Sequence record: OL960577.1
Direction: 5' to 3' (one strand)
Length of the DNA stretch: 64,000 bases
Origin: Escherichia phage vB_EcoM_SA35RD
Numbering within the stretch: position 1 is the first letter of the stretch; each line of letters begins with the position of its first letter. Shown here piece by piece: positions 33,847-43,207 of the stretch. The notes beneath the pieces were generated by a model. It made no database searches. It worked only from the letters and a program-made list of their open reading frames with translations, and had not been told where the DNA came from. The position numbers were made by a program, and so were the translations under genes.

Positions 33847-34301
33847 AAAGAGTCTCTTAATAGGTTTAACACATCAATAAATTCGGCTTCGGTTAATATT
33901 GTATCATCTTTTGTTAGGTGGCTGGCCATGCTGTGCTTCAAAATTTTTCCTTTAGAGGCTTGTAAGGCATCGCGAAACCCCTTGTTTTGGATCGCGGCTT
34001 CAAAATATGCATTTGTGTATAATTCTTTCCACGCTTCAGAGTATCTTGAAAATGGAACTCCTAACCAGAAGAGAGTCCCACGGTCCTGAGCTCTTGCGTA
34101 AGACCTTCCAGCTTGCTGTGCAGCCAATCCAGACAACCCAAATATATGTCTTTGTTGTTCAACATTTTTCACCTTACATCCTTGGAGAAATCCTTCAAGA
34201 CCTCCGAATTGAATACCATCCATAACAAAAGGCCATTGAGCAAAGTTACTTAATGCACATGACGGCCATTTGAAATTACTTCTTATTTCTAATTCAGACA
34301 T
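33843..34301 (-). CDS. hypothetical protein with YbiA/NADAR-like N-terminal motif (30.x region)
   Basis: Start set at ATG 34301 (track starts at a GTG at 34310); SNFAQWP...DG...E.F.Q..K pattern resembles YbiA/NADAR; C-terminal half does not obviously match. Confidence 0.45.
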   Translation of the reverse strand: MSELEIRSNFKWPSCALSNFAQWPFVMDGIQFGGLEGFLQGCKVKNVEQQRHIFGLSGLAAQQAGRSYARAQDRGTLFWLGVPFSRYSEAWKELYTNAYFEAAIQNKGFRDALQASKGKILKHSMASHLTKDDTILTEAEFIDVLNLLRDSL

Positions 34302-34512
34302 CTTTAACACTTATAATTTCAACATCAGCCCAATGTCCATATCCAGGTATACGGTCTTCGATAGATAAATTTCTGTCATTTTTAGGCATTTTAATTGACG
34401 TAACGTATGGTTCTAAACGGTTTTCCGCGTAATATGGAAAAACGTCGGTTACACGATAAGTAACTTCAATCATTTCCGTACCAAACAATTTCTGGATTAA
34501 TTTATTCAACAT
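34294..34512 (-). CDS. hypothetical protein (30.x region)
   Basis: 72 aa ORF overlapping neighbours at both ends. Confidence 0.45.
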   Translation of the reverse strand: MLNKLIQKLFGTEMIEVTYRVTDVFPYYAENRLEPYVTSIKMPKNDRNLSIEDRIPGYGHWADVEIISVKDV

Positions 34513-34699
34513 GTTTCAACCCTTTAATAGGAGATAACTCTTTACCCATACGTATGTCAGAAGTCCAATCAACCCATTGAACAGCATACGCTTCATTGAT
34601 AATTCCAGCGGCGGTTTTAAATTCAGGGAGAACTTTAAAAATCACCCCAGGAATTCCAACACCTTTTAATTGGACTGTTTGTGCTATTAAAAATTTCAT
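34502..34699 (-). CDS. hypothetical protein (30.x region)
   Basis: 65 aa ORF, ATG start, overlaps downstream ORF. Confidence 0.45.
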   Translation of the reverse strand: MKFLIAQTVQLKGVGIPGVIFKVLPEFKTAAGIINEAYAVQWVDWTSDIRMGKELSPIKGLKHVE

Positions 34700-34753
34700 A
34701 TTTTTCCACTTACTAAAGAAATCATTATACTCTAATCCGTCCTTGGATGTAAA

Positions 34754-35368
34754 CTACTTAATGAAATTAATTTCTACCGGATGAACAACAGGTTGAGCAG
34801 TGATATATTGAGTAATTGCTTTCATGACTAGAGCTTCAGAGCCAGGATTTTTCTCAACGAATTCACGTGCTTGGTTATGAGCTTCAAGTTCACTTAGTAA
34901 ACCACTTCGTTGACATCCACGGTCTTGAGTACCCTGTTCAGATAAAAAGGCGACGATGTATTTTTCATCGTCATAAGGTTTAGGCAGTTGAGCAAATGTT
35001 CCTTTACTTCCAAAAGGAGAGTTATGACGCCACATCACGCCGTGAGGAGTTTCAACCTTCGTATATTCGTGTGGGCCATTTTTCTTAGTTTCTTGATGTG
35101 GAACTTCATGGACCTTAGGGTTAGGACATTCAATAAAATGCTCATCTAAATCAGTCGAGAATATTAAAGTAAAACAATTACTAAATTTACCAACACCTGC
35201 CTGATAAATTTTACCTTCAGACGTTCTAATTTCACAAACCGAGCCAGCATCAGTAACTTCTAAAACTTCAAAAGGCTCGATAAGATCATATGAGAACATG
35301 TTTTTAAGGCGTGGAGTAATATCCCCATTTTTAAAATTCATTTTATAAAAAGTATTAACTTTAAACAT
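34754..35368 (-). CDS. hypothetical His-rich protein (30.x region)
   Basis: 204 aa ORF with SD; stem-loop upstream; no domain recognised. Confidence 0.55.
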   Translation of the reverse strand: MFKVNTFYKMNFKNGDITPRLKNMFSYDLIEPFEVLEVTDAGSVCEIRTSEGKIYQAGVGKFSNCFTLIFSTDLDEHFIECPNPKVHEVPHQETKKNGPHEYTKVETPHGVMWRHNSPFGSKGTFAQLPKPYDDEKYIVAFLSEQGTQDRGCQRSGLLSELEAHNQAREFVEKNPGSEALVMKAITQYITAQPVVHPVEINFIK

Positions 35369-35403
35369 AATTTCCTCAGTGGGAGCCGAAGCTCCCAGTT
35401 AAA

Positions 35404-35769
35404 TTAGATATCGAATTCGTTAAGAACTACATCAAAGATTGCTTCGAGATGTTCAGGTTTAGCTCGGTTACTCAGGATATGACGAATCCAAGTTTTAACC
35501 AGAAGTTTACGATTAACACCATTCCAGCAAGGATGAGTACCTAAATCACGTTGACGGAAATCATCATCTAATGCAATTTTGAAGTTGGAACCTTCCATCG
35601 TGATTGAAACCGTGATGCCATTTTCAAATCGCATATAAACGTAATTAGGAGTCATGCACTGTTCGATTTCACAAACTGTACCGTTTTCGTGTTTCCATAA
35701 GCAAATAACTTCAGAAGAACCAGCGATACCATTAGAAACATATTTACGTTCGAAGTTGATGTAGTTCAT
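35404..35769 (-). CDS. hypothetical protein (30.x region)
   Basis: 121 aa ORF with GGAG SD behind an early promoter. Confidence 0.55.
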   Translation of the reverse strand: MNYINFERKYVSNGIAGSSEVICLWKHENGTVCEIEQCMTPNYVYMRFENGITVSITMEGSNFKIALDDDFRQRDLGTHPCWNGVNRKLLVKTWIRHILSNRAKPEHLEAIFDVVLNEFDI

Positions 35770-35810
35770 TTTATTCTCCAGATGTTTAGGTTGTTTGTTG
35801 ATACAGGTCT

Positions 35811-35839
35811 ATAATAACATAACCTGTACCAAAGTAAAC
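35811..35839 (-). promoter_or_regulatory. early promoter upstream of ORF 35404..35769
   Basis: Minus strand GTTTAC-17 nt-TATTAT; flanking inverted repeat ACAGGT/ACCTGT encloses the -10. Confidence 0.5.
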
Positions 35840-35843
35840 TGTT

Positions 35844-36212
35844 TTATGCAACTTTAATCCAATTGTCTAAATTTAAAACACCTTTGGCTTTCATTTTTTC
35901 GATCAGGTTATCTGCTGTAATGCGTCCATTTTGATACCATGTAACATCTTCAGAGTAACCAGTTTCTTCGTCAACATATGTTTCTGAACGAATTTTACCG
36001 GTAATAATAGTTTTTAATTCGTATGTGTCACCTGTGAAAAAGTTTGCTAACACAATTTTCCAAGAGAAATCATCAGAAGGACCTTCAGGGGTCATACAAC
36101 CTACGAACTCAAATTGCTCTTTGTATAACATCCACTGGAATTCTTTAATTTCGATAGCTTTATAACCATCGTGGTCTTTACATTTGATGTATGAGTTCAG
36201 ATTGATTTTCAT
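35844..36212 (-). CDS. hypothetical protein (30.x region)
   Basis: 122 aa ORF with GGAG SD behind an early promoter. Confidence 0.55.
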   Translation of the reverse strand: MKINLNSYIKCKDHDGYKAIEIKEFQWMLYKEQFEFVGCMTPEGPSDDFSWKIVLANFFTGDTYELKTIITGKIRSETYVDEETGYSEDVTWYQNGRITADNLIEKMKAKGVLNLDNWIKVA

Positions 36213-36254
36213 TTTGTTCTCCAGGTTGTTTTATTGATTAGATGGTACAAGTCT

Positions 36255-36283
36255 ATAGTAACACATCCTACAGGAGAGTAAAC
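36255..36283 (-). promoter_or_regulatory. early promoter upstream of ORF 35844..36212
   Basis: Minus strand GTTTAC-17 nt-TACTAT. Confidence 0.55.
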
Positions 36284-36315
36284 ATCTTTTTAAACTTTTT
36301 CTGCCCTAAACGCAC

Positions 36316-36337
36316 AAAAGGGAGACCGAAGTCTCCC
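36316..36337 (-). terminator. terminator after the 59-aa basic ORF
   Basis: GGGAGAC-CGAA-GTCTCCC; on the minus strand followed by TTTTGTG. Confidence 0.6.
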
Positions 36338-36342
36338 TAAAA

Positions 36343-36522
36343 TTATGCAACAACCTTTCCAAAACGAGAAGCATCATCTCGAAGAACTGCACGTGCTCTG
36401 CGCATGATCTTCTCAACTGTTTGATTAATACGAGAGTTCGACCCACGCTTGTATCCAGCGCGTTTAGAGGTACCATCAACTTTCTTTTCAACTGCTTTCT
36501 TTGCTTTAGCTTGTTTTGCCAT
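36343..36522 (-). CDS. hypothetical small basic protein, 59 aa
   Basis: Not in the track. ATG at 36522, translation MAKQAKAKKAVEKKVDGTSKRAGYKRGSNSRINQTVEKIMRRARAVLRDDASRFGKVVA; terminator hairpin right after stop. Preferred over the overlapping track ORF 36306..36491. Confidence 0.4.
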   Translation of the reverse strand: MAKQAKAKKAVEKKVDGTSKRAGYKRGSNSRINQTVEKIMRRARAVLRDDASRFGKVVA

Positions 36523-36684
36523 TATAAATTCTCTTTAAATGAAAATGCAGGACTTATTGACATTGCCTGCGCAAGCCCTCAAGGGGAACATAGGTTTTGG
36601 ATATTTAACGACAGGATAACCATAAACCCGTCATCATACCACCAAGACTTACACAGCTAACCTTTTGCTGACGCATGATAGCAA

Positions 36685-36933
36685 TTATTTCAAAGTAATA
36701 ACAAAATGACGAACTGCTTTACGTGCGGCAGAAGCCAGAGGCTTAGCATATTTCAATTCATCTTTAGCTTCCAGCGCAGCGGCCAGAGTAGCCTGAGCAG
36801 GATTCAGATGTTTGAAATATCGCAGGATTTCCAGTGCTTCGGCTTCAACATCAATCGACGCGCCGTAGTTTTCGTGACCGTTATTCCATGCGTTTCGTTG
36901 CAGTTCAAGAGCGTGTTGTAATTGTTTAATCAT
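36685..36933 (-). CDS. rIII: rIII lysis-inhibition accessory protein
   Basis: 82 aa (T4 rIII size) immediately downstream of gene 31. Confidence 0.8.
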   Translation of the reverse strand: MIKQLQHALELQRNAWNNGHENYGASIDVEAEALEILRYFKHLNPAQATLAAALEAKDELKYAKPLASAARKAVRHFVITLK

Positions 36934-37049
36934 TTTAAATTCTCAATTCGAGATAATATTTAGTAGCCACGTTCGTCTGAATTTCACCTTCTTTCGACAA
37001 GTCTCTCAGTTGTAGGCTACCGCTTAGAAGAGTGTTCTCTTCATATAGT

Positions 37050-37057
37050 TATTTATA
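37050..37057 (-). promoter_or_regulatory. possible late promoter motif (minus strand) upstream of rIII
   Basis: TATAAATA on minus strand about 117 nt before the rIII ATG; distance is long, so weak. Confidence 0.3.
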
Positions 37058-37390
37058 TCACTTATAAAGACACGGAATAGCTTTATAGTGGCATGTTACG
37101 AATTTCTGTTTAATTTCTTTAGGTTGTTTAAGTCCCAAAGCCACAAATGGATGTGGAACATTTCGAATTTGTCCAACTGGTAGTGGAGTCAAATCACCGA
37201 CTTCAACAAAACCTTCAGGAACATCAGGACCTACAGAATGAACTACACATAGTTCAGGAACTTCACCTTGAACACGTTTACCAATCACAAGTCCTGATTC
37301 GGTAACTTCTTCATCACCTGCTTGAGCGGGTTCAGAAACCAGAATGACATATTCACCAACAGCACGAATTGGGAGTTGTACTTCAGACAT
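37058..37390 (-). CDS. 31: co-chaperonin gp31 (GroES-like)
   Basis: 110 aa; [29 protein letters not shown]... near-identical to recalled T4 gp31. Confidence 0.95.
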   Translation of the reverse strand: MSEVQLPIRAVGEYVILVSEPAQAGDEEVTESGLVIGKRVQGEVPELCVVHSVGPDVPEGFVEVGDLTPLPVGQIRNVPHPFVALGLKQPKEIKQKFVTCHYKAIPCLYK

Positions 37391-37420
37391 CTTATTTCCT
37401 TGTTGTTTGACGATAGATTA

Positions 37421-37445
37421 ATAATACCATAATATTCGTAAAGCA
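37421..37445 (-). promoter_or_regulatory. candidate MotA-dependent middle promoter upstream of gene 31
   Basis: Minus strand ATGCTTTAC, then 12 nt, then TATTAT about 30 nt before the gene 31 ATG. Confidence 0.45.
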
Positions 37446-37447
37446 TA

Positions 37448-37756
37448 TTACATAAGAAGCAAACGTTCTACCGGAGTACCATCAACCGAAATTACTTTAT
37501 CAAGGCGGAAAGAACGCCACTGACCTAACTTGGTATCGAATGCTCGAACTGATTCACGAGGTTCAGAACGAACTTCTGTTGCCGGATTGTTATTTTCATA
37601 TTTGACTTCAAGTTCATCGCGAGAAGCAAACATAGTACGAACATCACCGTTAGCCTTTTCAAATACAACACAATGAACGCCTACAGACAGAATAGTTTTA
37701 ATACGTTCACGAAGAACCATAGTTTCTTGTTCAGTTAAAATCATATTATTCACCAC
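37448..37756 (-). CDS. hypothetical protein (T4 31.1/31.2 position)
   Basis: Track ORF starts at a GTG at 37756; an ATG at 37744 would give 98 aa. Confidence 0.5.
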   Translation of the reverse strand: MVNNMILTEQETMVLRERIKTILSVGVHCVVFEKANGDVRTMFASRDELEVKYENNNPATEVRSEPRESVRAFDTKLGQWRSFRLDKVISVDGTPVERLLLM

Positions 37757-38327
37757 AAAAGTTTCGGATTTGTTCCCAATTCAGAGAACGAAGATTATTA
37801 CGAGAGTACTGAATTACTTCAATACCGGCTTGTTTTAGAATGTCTGCCCAATTTTCAGGAGATCTGTCATATAATTCTGCGTATACAACCTTTTTAATAC
37901 CTGACTGCGTAATAGCTTTAGTGCAATCAGGACATGGAGAAAGCGTCGTATATAACGTAGCACCTTCAATAGAATTACCTTTACGAGCTGCAAACAAAAT
38001 TGCATTCAGTTCCGCATGGATTTCGTTATTGGCAGACCATGCACTATGAGCGGCCCGATGTTCTTTAGCCAAAACAAAATTATCTACCCGTCCAAATGCT
38101 GTAGTGCCTTCTTTATGTCCAGCAACGATGACTGGGATTGGTTTATTCTTCAACCAACCATTTTCAGATGCATGTTCGCAACAGTTAACGCCACCTGAAG
38201 GAGAGCCATTATAACCTGTAGAAATAATGCGTCCATCTTTTTCAATGACGGCGCCAACTTTCCATGAACAACATTTTGATTCTTGAGAAATCAGATATGC
38301 AATCTGAAGGTATGTGCTAGCTTTCAT
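37746..38327 (-). CDS. cd: dCMP deaminase
   Basis: 193 aa; zinc-binding HAELNAI and PCPDC motifs of the cytidine/dCMP deaminase fold. Confidence 0.95.
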   Translation of the reverse strand: MKASTYLQIAYLISQESKCCSWKVGAVIEKDGRIISTGYNGSPSGGVNCCEHASENGWLKNKPIPVIVAGHKEGTTAFGRVDNFVLAKEHRAAHSAWSANNEIHAELNAILFAARKGNSIEGATLYTTLSPCPDCTKAITQSGIKKVVYAELYDRSPENWADILKQAGIEVIQYSRNNLRSLNWEQIRNFCGE

Positions 38328-39319
38328 TATTGAACCTTATTAATATAAGTTAACAGCTCTTTAGTTTGTTCCCAACTGATGCACGCATCGGTAACGGAAA
38401 CGCCATAGGACATATTATCAGAAATTTTTTGATTTCCTTCATGTAGGAATGATTCTATCATAATTCCTTTGACCAAATCATTAGCTGCTAAATTTTTACC
38501 AATACCAATTTGATTGCTATAATGCCCATCAGCGTTTGCATGGCTACAATCGACCATTACATAATGATTCAGACCTACTGCCCTTGCTTTGTTAGAAGCT
38601 TCTTGAATATCAGAAGAATGATAGTTCGGGCCGTTGGTCCCGCCACGCAATACGATATGCGTATTCTGATTACCTTCAGCTTCAACAATGCCTACAGTAC
38701 CATCGACGTCCATACCCATATACCGATGAGGCCAGGCGGCACTATACATCGCGTCTGTAGCTACTTTAATAGAACCATTGGTTGCGTTCTTGAAGCCTAC
38801 GCACATCGGTAGACCTGAAGCAATTTCACGATGTGTCTGACTTTCAGTCGTACGGGCGCCAATAGCAACCCATGAGAAAATACCAGAAAGATACTTAATC
38901 GTGAATGGGTCTAATACTTCAGTTGCTAATGGAAGTCCCATACGTAGAAGTTTACGACACAATGTTCGTGCAACTATAAGACCGTGGTTCATATCAAAAC
39001 TTCCGTCAAGATACGGATCATTTACAAGACCTTTCCAACCTACGGTAGTTCGAGGCTTTTCAAAATAAACGCGCATCACTAACAGAACATTAGGAAGACG
39101 AGTTTGAAGTTCAGCCAGACGTTTGCCGTATTCAACAGCAGCAATAGGGTCATGAATTGAACAAGGACCTACAACAATAAGTTTGCGTGGGTCTTCACCG
39201 TTCATAATCGAATTAACTTGTTCGCGATGAGAAGCCACTTGTGATGCGTAAGCTTCCGACAAAGGAATAATCTCAGCTAGTTCTTTTGGAGAAATAAGTT
39301 TTCCGACGACAGGTAACAT
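38327..39319 (-). CDS. 3-deoxy-D-arabino-heptulosonate 7-phosphate (DAHP) synthase, class I (AroG/F/H-like)
   Basis: 330 aa; GPCSIHDP, RVYFEKPRTTVGWKGL, GARTTESQ, ILRGG, DCSHANA, ESFLHEGNQ, TDACISW align with recalled E. coli AroG including its four metal ligands; AAGGA SD; TAATG overlap with cd start. Confidence 0.9.
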   Translation of the reverse strand: MLPVVGKLISPKELAEIIPLSEAYASQVASHREQVNSIMNGEDPRKLIVVGPCSIHDPIAAVEYGKRLAELQTRLPNVLLVMRVYFEKPRTTVGWKGLVNDPYLDGSFDMNHGLIVARTLCRKLLRMGLPLATEVLDPFTIKYLSGIFSWVAIGARTTESQTHREIASGLPMCVGFKNATNGSIKVATDAMYSAAWPHRYMGMDVDGTVGIVEAEGNQNTHIVLRGGTNGPNYHSSDIQEASNKARAVGLNHYVMVDCSHANADGHYSNQIGIGKNLAANDLVKGIMIESFLHEGNQKISDNMSYGVSVTDACISWEQTKELLTYINKVQ

Positions 39320-39327
39320 AACAATCC

Positions 39328-39453
39328 TTAGGAGATATAAACAGATTCTGATTCAACAATACCTTTAACCGGATTAGACAGGCTAAGTTGGTAGTGCTCA
39401 GATTTATGACCATTCTCGATAGTAATGAGATAGCTCTCATTATAGTGTTCCAT
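39328..39453 (-). CDS. possible small ORF, 41 aa
   Basis: ATG at 39453 overlapping the 3' end of the upstream ORF; stop overlaps the DAHP synthase SD; coupling geometry only. Confidence 0.3.
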   Translation of the reverse strand: MEHYNESYLITIENGHKSEHYQLSLSNPVKGIVESESVYIS

Positions 39454-39676
39454 ATACTCGAGTTGCTTCAACAAGACCATCACTGCCTAATTTAAGATTA
39501 GTAATTTGGTCGCCATCTTTAGGATTAACAATTATGAGAAAAGAACGTGGAGATTCTTGAATAACTCGTAATGTTGCATCCTTGAAACGTTCAGACACTT
39601 TATTTATGAGTGCTTGAGCAAATTCTTTTACTTTAATCTGAAATTCGTGCACTGTAATTGGGTTTTCACTTAGCAT
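39440..39676 (-). CDS. hypothetical protein (cd.x region)
   Basis: 78 aa ORF, GAGGAAA SD, behind an early promoter. Confidence 0.5.
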   Translation of the reverse strand: MLSENPITVHEFQIKVKEFAQALINKVSERFKDATLRVIQESPRSFLIIVNPKDGDQITNLKLGSDGLVEATRVYGTL

Positions 39677-39705
39677 TCTGTTTTCCTCATTGTGTTGGTA
39701 GAGTT

Positions 39706-39735
39706 ATAGTATCACAACTCTACCATGTTGTAAAC
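39706..39735 (-). promoter_or_regulatory. early promoter upstream of ORF 39440..39676
   Basis: Minus strand GTTTAC-18 nt-TACTAT, then leader caacacaatGAGGAAAacaga-ATG. Confidence 0.55.
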
Positions 39736-39737
39736 CA

Positions 39738-40013
39738 TTAAATTGCTTTGCATTCAATTTTTTGTGTACCGAAATTGATATCGCATTGGATAACTAAATC
39801 GCCGTCAAGATCAAATACCACTATGACGTGTGCAGACCCAGGGAGAAGAGTAATAGCAATAGAATCTACTTGGTCTGGGAGCAAAGCATTGAGTACATGA
39901 GTTAGTTGAGCATGAACTCTGAGTTCGGCTGCATTATCAAGCACTTCAAACATATTATTAGCAATAATCTGACTGAAGACTACCTTTACAATTTCAGAAT
40001 AAGTTGGGAACAT
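39738..40013 (-). CDS. hypothetical protein (cd.x region)
   Basis: 91 aa ORF, ATG start. Confidence 0.5.
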   Translation of the reverse strand: MFPTYSEIVKVVFSQIIANNMFEVLDNAAELRVHAQLTHVLNALLPDQVDSIAITLLPGSAHVIVVFDLDGDLVIQCDINFGTQKIECKAI

Positions 40014-40020
40014 AATTACC

Positions 40021-40245
40021 TCAGTGTACAGTATTTACTTTAACTCGAACAACAAATCGCTCGGTCGGTTCACCTACAGGAACAAACTCTACATGATATT
40101 CACCTTTGTAACGAGTATTCAGATCATTACGAATTCCTGCGAGTTTGTTGATTAATGTAGGACTCATATTAAGTCCCACTAGTTTACGAAGCATTTTGTA
40201 TGCTTCATCTTCGATTTCATGATGTTTATCGTACATAGTTTTCAT
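40021..40245 (-). CDS. hypothetical protein (cd.x region)
   Basis: 74 aa ORF, ATG start. Confidence 0.5.
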   Translation of the reverse strand: MKTMYDKHHEIEDEAYKMLRKLVGLNMSPTLINKLAGIRNDLNTRYKGEYHVEFVPVGEPTERFVVRVKVNTVH

Positions 40246-40416
40246 TTAACCATTCAATTGCCTGGTCGACGTTATCAAATATACCGCCGTCCAACCATTC
40301 TTCATGTTCATAGTCCAGCACATCAATACCGAACCGTCCATTTACTAAAGGCCATACTACAAACAAATATTCTTTATGCTGTTCGATGGCCTCAATCACT
40401 TCATATAATCGTTTCA

Positions 40417-40417
<1 letters not shown>
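40226..40417 (-). CDS. hypothetical protein (cd.x region)
   Basis: 63 aa acidic ORF, stop overlapping pseT start. Confidence 0.5.
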
Positions 40418-41503
<1,086 letters not shown>

Positions 41504-41504
<1 letters not shown>

Positions 41505-41803
41505 TATTTTATTCCTAAGAAAATTTCAAGAATACGAATGTTATGCTCGCGCCGGTCTTTATTAATTTCAGCAACGTTTTTATTAATTGACGTACTTCTA
41601 ACGTTTGAAGAAATAAATTTAATCATATGACTTTTGAGTTGTTGCAAATCCAACCCTTTTTCTTTAGCAGCTTTACGAAGAGCTTTACCTGCTTCATCTA
41701 GTGCCTTTGCTGCATCTTTGTCATAATAGCCAAGTGACATTCCACGACAGATATCAATATACTCATCAGACCGTTTGATGTAATTCTCTAGTAATGTTTT
41801 CAT
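41504..41803 (-). CDS. hypothetical protein (pseT.x region)
   Basis: 99 aa ORF behind an early promoter. Confidence 0.5.
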
Positions 41804-41831
41804 TTAGATTTCCTCAATTATCCATAGGAGC

Positions 41832-41861
41832 ATTATACTCTGCTCCTGAGAGTTTGTAAAC
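41832..41861 (-). promoter_or_regulatory. early promoter upstream of ORF 41504..41803
   Basis: Minus strand GTTTAC-18 nt-TATAAT; -10 lies in the loop of hairpin GGAGCA/TGCTCC. Confidence 0.5.
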
Positions 41862-42085
41862 TATTTTACTAAAGATTCAATATACTCGTGAAGAGCTTTA
41901 GTCGCTACTGCCCACTTATTCTGATATTCATTTTTCAGATTAGCACGAGACTGAACTAACAATCGGTCATTAGTCGGAGGCAAAGATTCTAATCGTTGAA
42001 TCTGGCGCCCATAAATCATAGCCGCCATTTCAGATTCATAGATAAGCCCTTTAATGTGTTCATGCTGTTCTTTAGTCATTGGCAT
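41861..42085 (-). CDS. hypothetical protein (pseT.x region)
   Basis: 74 aa ORF overlapping o-spanin 3' end. Confidence 0.5.
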   Translation of the reverse strand: MPMTKEQHEHIKGLIYESEMAAMIYGRQIQRLESLPPTNDRLLVQSRANLKNEYQNKWAVATKALHEYIESLVK

Positions 42086-42366
42086 TTTTCCTCTTTTAAA
42101 CCACTACGATAATAACATAACATAGTCTTCTGGTCATGTACATATCTTTTTACGTCGTTTAACCAGATACGAAATTCTTGAGAGTCTTCAAATGGCATTC
42201 CAACCCACGGATTACCATCAATAACCTTTACTTGCCATTTCTGGTTGTATTCAACAATAGATTCAGGCCATGGTGGATGTAAAGTTTCTTTAGGGCTTAA
42301 GGGCACATCCTGGGCACATCCGGCCAAAATGCCAATAGATAATACAACTGCGGTTAATTTAATCAT
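42076..42366 (-). CDS. o-spanin (outer-membrane lipoprotein, Rz1-like)
   Basis: 96 aa; signal peptide with lipobox LAGC; ATGA overlap with upstream i-spanin; T4 pseT.2 position. Confidence 0.75.
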   Translation of the reverse strand: MIKLTAVVLSIGILAGCAQDVPLSPKETLHPPWPESIVEYNQKWQVKVIDGNPWVGMPFEDSQEFRIWLNDVKRYVHDQKTMLCYYRSGLKEEKCQ

Positions 42367-42719
42367 TCTGAGAGCTTCCTGAGGTCTTCTGCAAAGGAAT
42401 CGAAGGACTTGTTGATTTGTTTTTCGACCAATCCTGGTTTACTTGCCACCACGTTCTTCTTCTTCGAATCCTTACGGAGCTTTTCATTTTCAGCCTTAAG
42501 TTGGTCAACTAAAACACGATTCTTATAAGTCATTTCTTCGATTGATTGATATTGAGCTTTGAAGTCGTCTAATACTTTAGCATTGTTTTTAGCAGTCTCT
42601 TTAACAGAAGCTAATTCAGTATTCAATGAATCAACTTTGTTGTTTAAGACCACTATTGTTATCGTAGAAACTAGAGCAAAAGCTGCTACTATAGCATAAA
42701 TCGGATTTACTTTAAGCAT
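42363..42719 (-). CDS. i-spanin (Rz-like)
   Basis: 118 aa; N-terminal transmembrane helix followed by coiled-coil region; T4 pseT.3 position. Confidence 0.75.
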   Translation of the reverse strand: MLKVNPIYAIVAAFALVSTITIVVLNNKVDSLNTELASVKETAKNNAKVLDDFKAQYQSIEEMTYKNRVLVDQLKAENEKLRKDSKKKNVVASKPGLVEKQINKSFDSFAEDLRKLSE

Positions 42720-43207
42720 GTTTTAATAATCTCAATGATTTCATCTCGGGATAAACCATTAATAAGAACGGTTTTCAAACCATCACACTGGATTTTGTAC
42801 GATTCAAACAATACACACAACTCTTCTGCTGTATGATATGGACTTGAAATTCCGAGGCGGTTGAATTTGTCTGTAAGAGGGTCGCAAATAATGTAGAATT
42901 TTATACCTGCGATATGTACGTTTGGTTGACTAATATTAACGAAAACATTAGCGTCATATTTAGTCAAATTGTTTTGAAGAAATTCTACCATAGCATTAAC
43001 TGCTTCCGGCATCGCTTCACGTTTCTCTTCGGTGTAACGTGTTGAATATTCCTTTTGCTTTAACTTCTTTTTAGCATTTTTCGCTAGAGTAGTACGAAGG
43101 TCTGTAAGATAACCAACTGCACGGCCTTTCTTAAAGACCCGGATTCCATCTGTAGAATCACCAAATGCTGCCACAACCATATCGTTAGTAATCAATTGCA
43201 TATTCAT
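42707..43207 (-). CDS. alc: Alc-like protein (host transcription shutoff) by position
   Basis: Start set at ATG 43207 (GAGGAG SD), giving 166 aa; lies between spanins and rnlA as T4 alc. Assignment by synteny and length only. Confidence 0.6.
   Translation of the reverse strand: MNMQLITNDMVVAAFGDSTDGIRVFKKGRAVGYLTDLRTTLAKNAKKKLKQKEYSTRYTEEKREAMPEAVNAMVEFLQNNLTKYDANVFVNISQPNVHIAGIKFYIICDPLTDKFNRLGISSPYHTAEELCVLFESYKIQCDGLKTVLINGLSRDEIIEIIKTCLK

Noticed and set aside
36306-36491. Minus-strand 61-aa track ORF overlapping the 59-aa basic ORF in another frame
   Set aside because: Translation looks non-protein-like (Leu-rich run), starts inside the terminator hairpin; the alternative frame has a clean ATG and a terminator after its stop. 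Neither is certain.
36421-36660. Plus-strand 79-aa ORF in the rIII-to-30.x intergenic region
   Set aside because: Opposite strand to the whole early cluster, no SD, low-complexity hydrophobic translation; likely chance ORF in AT-rich DNA.
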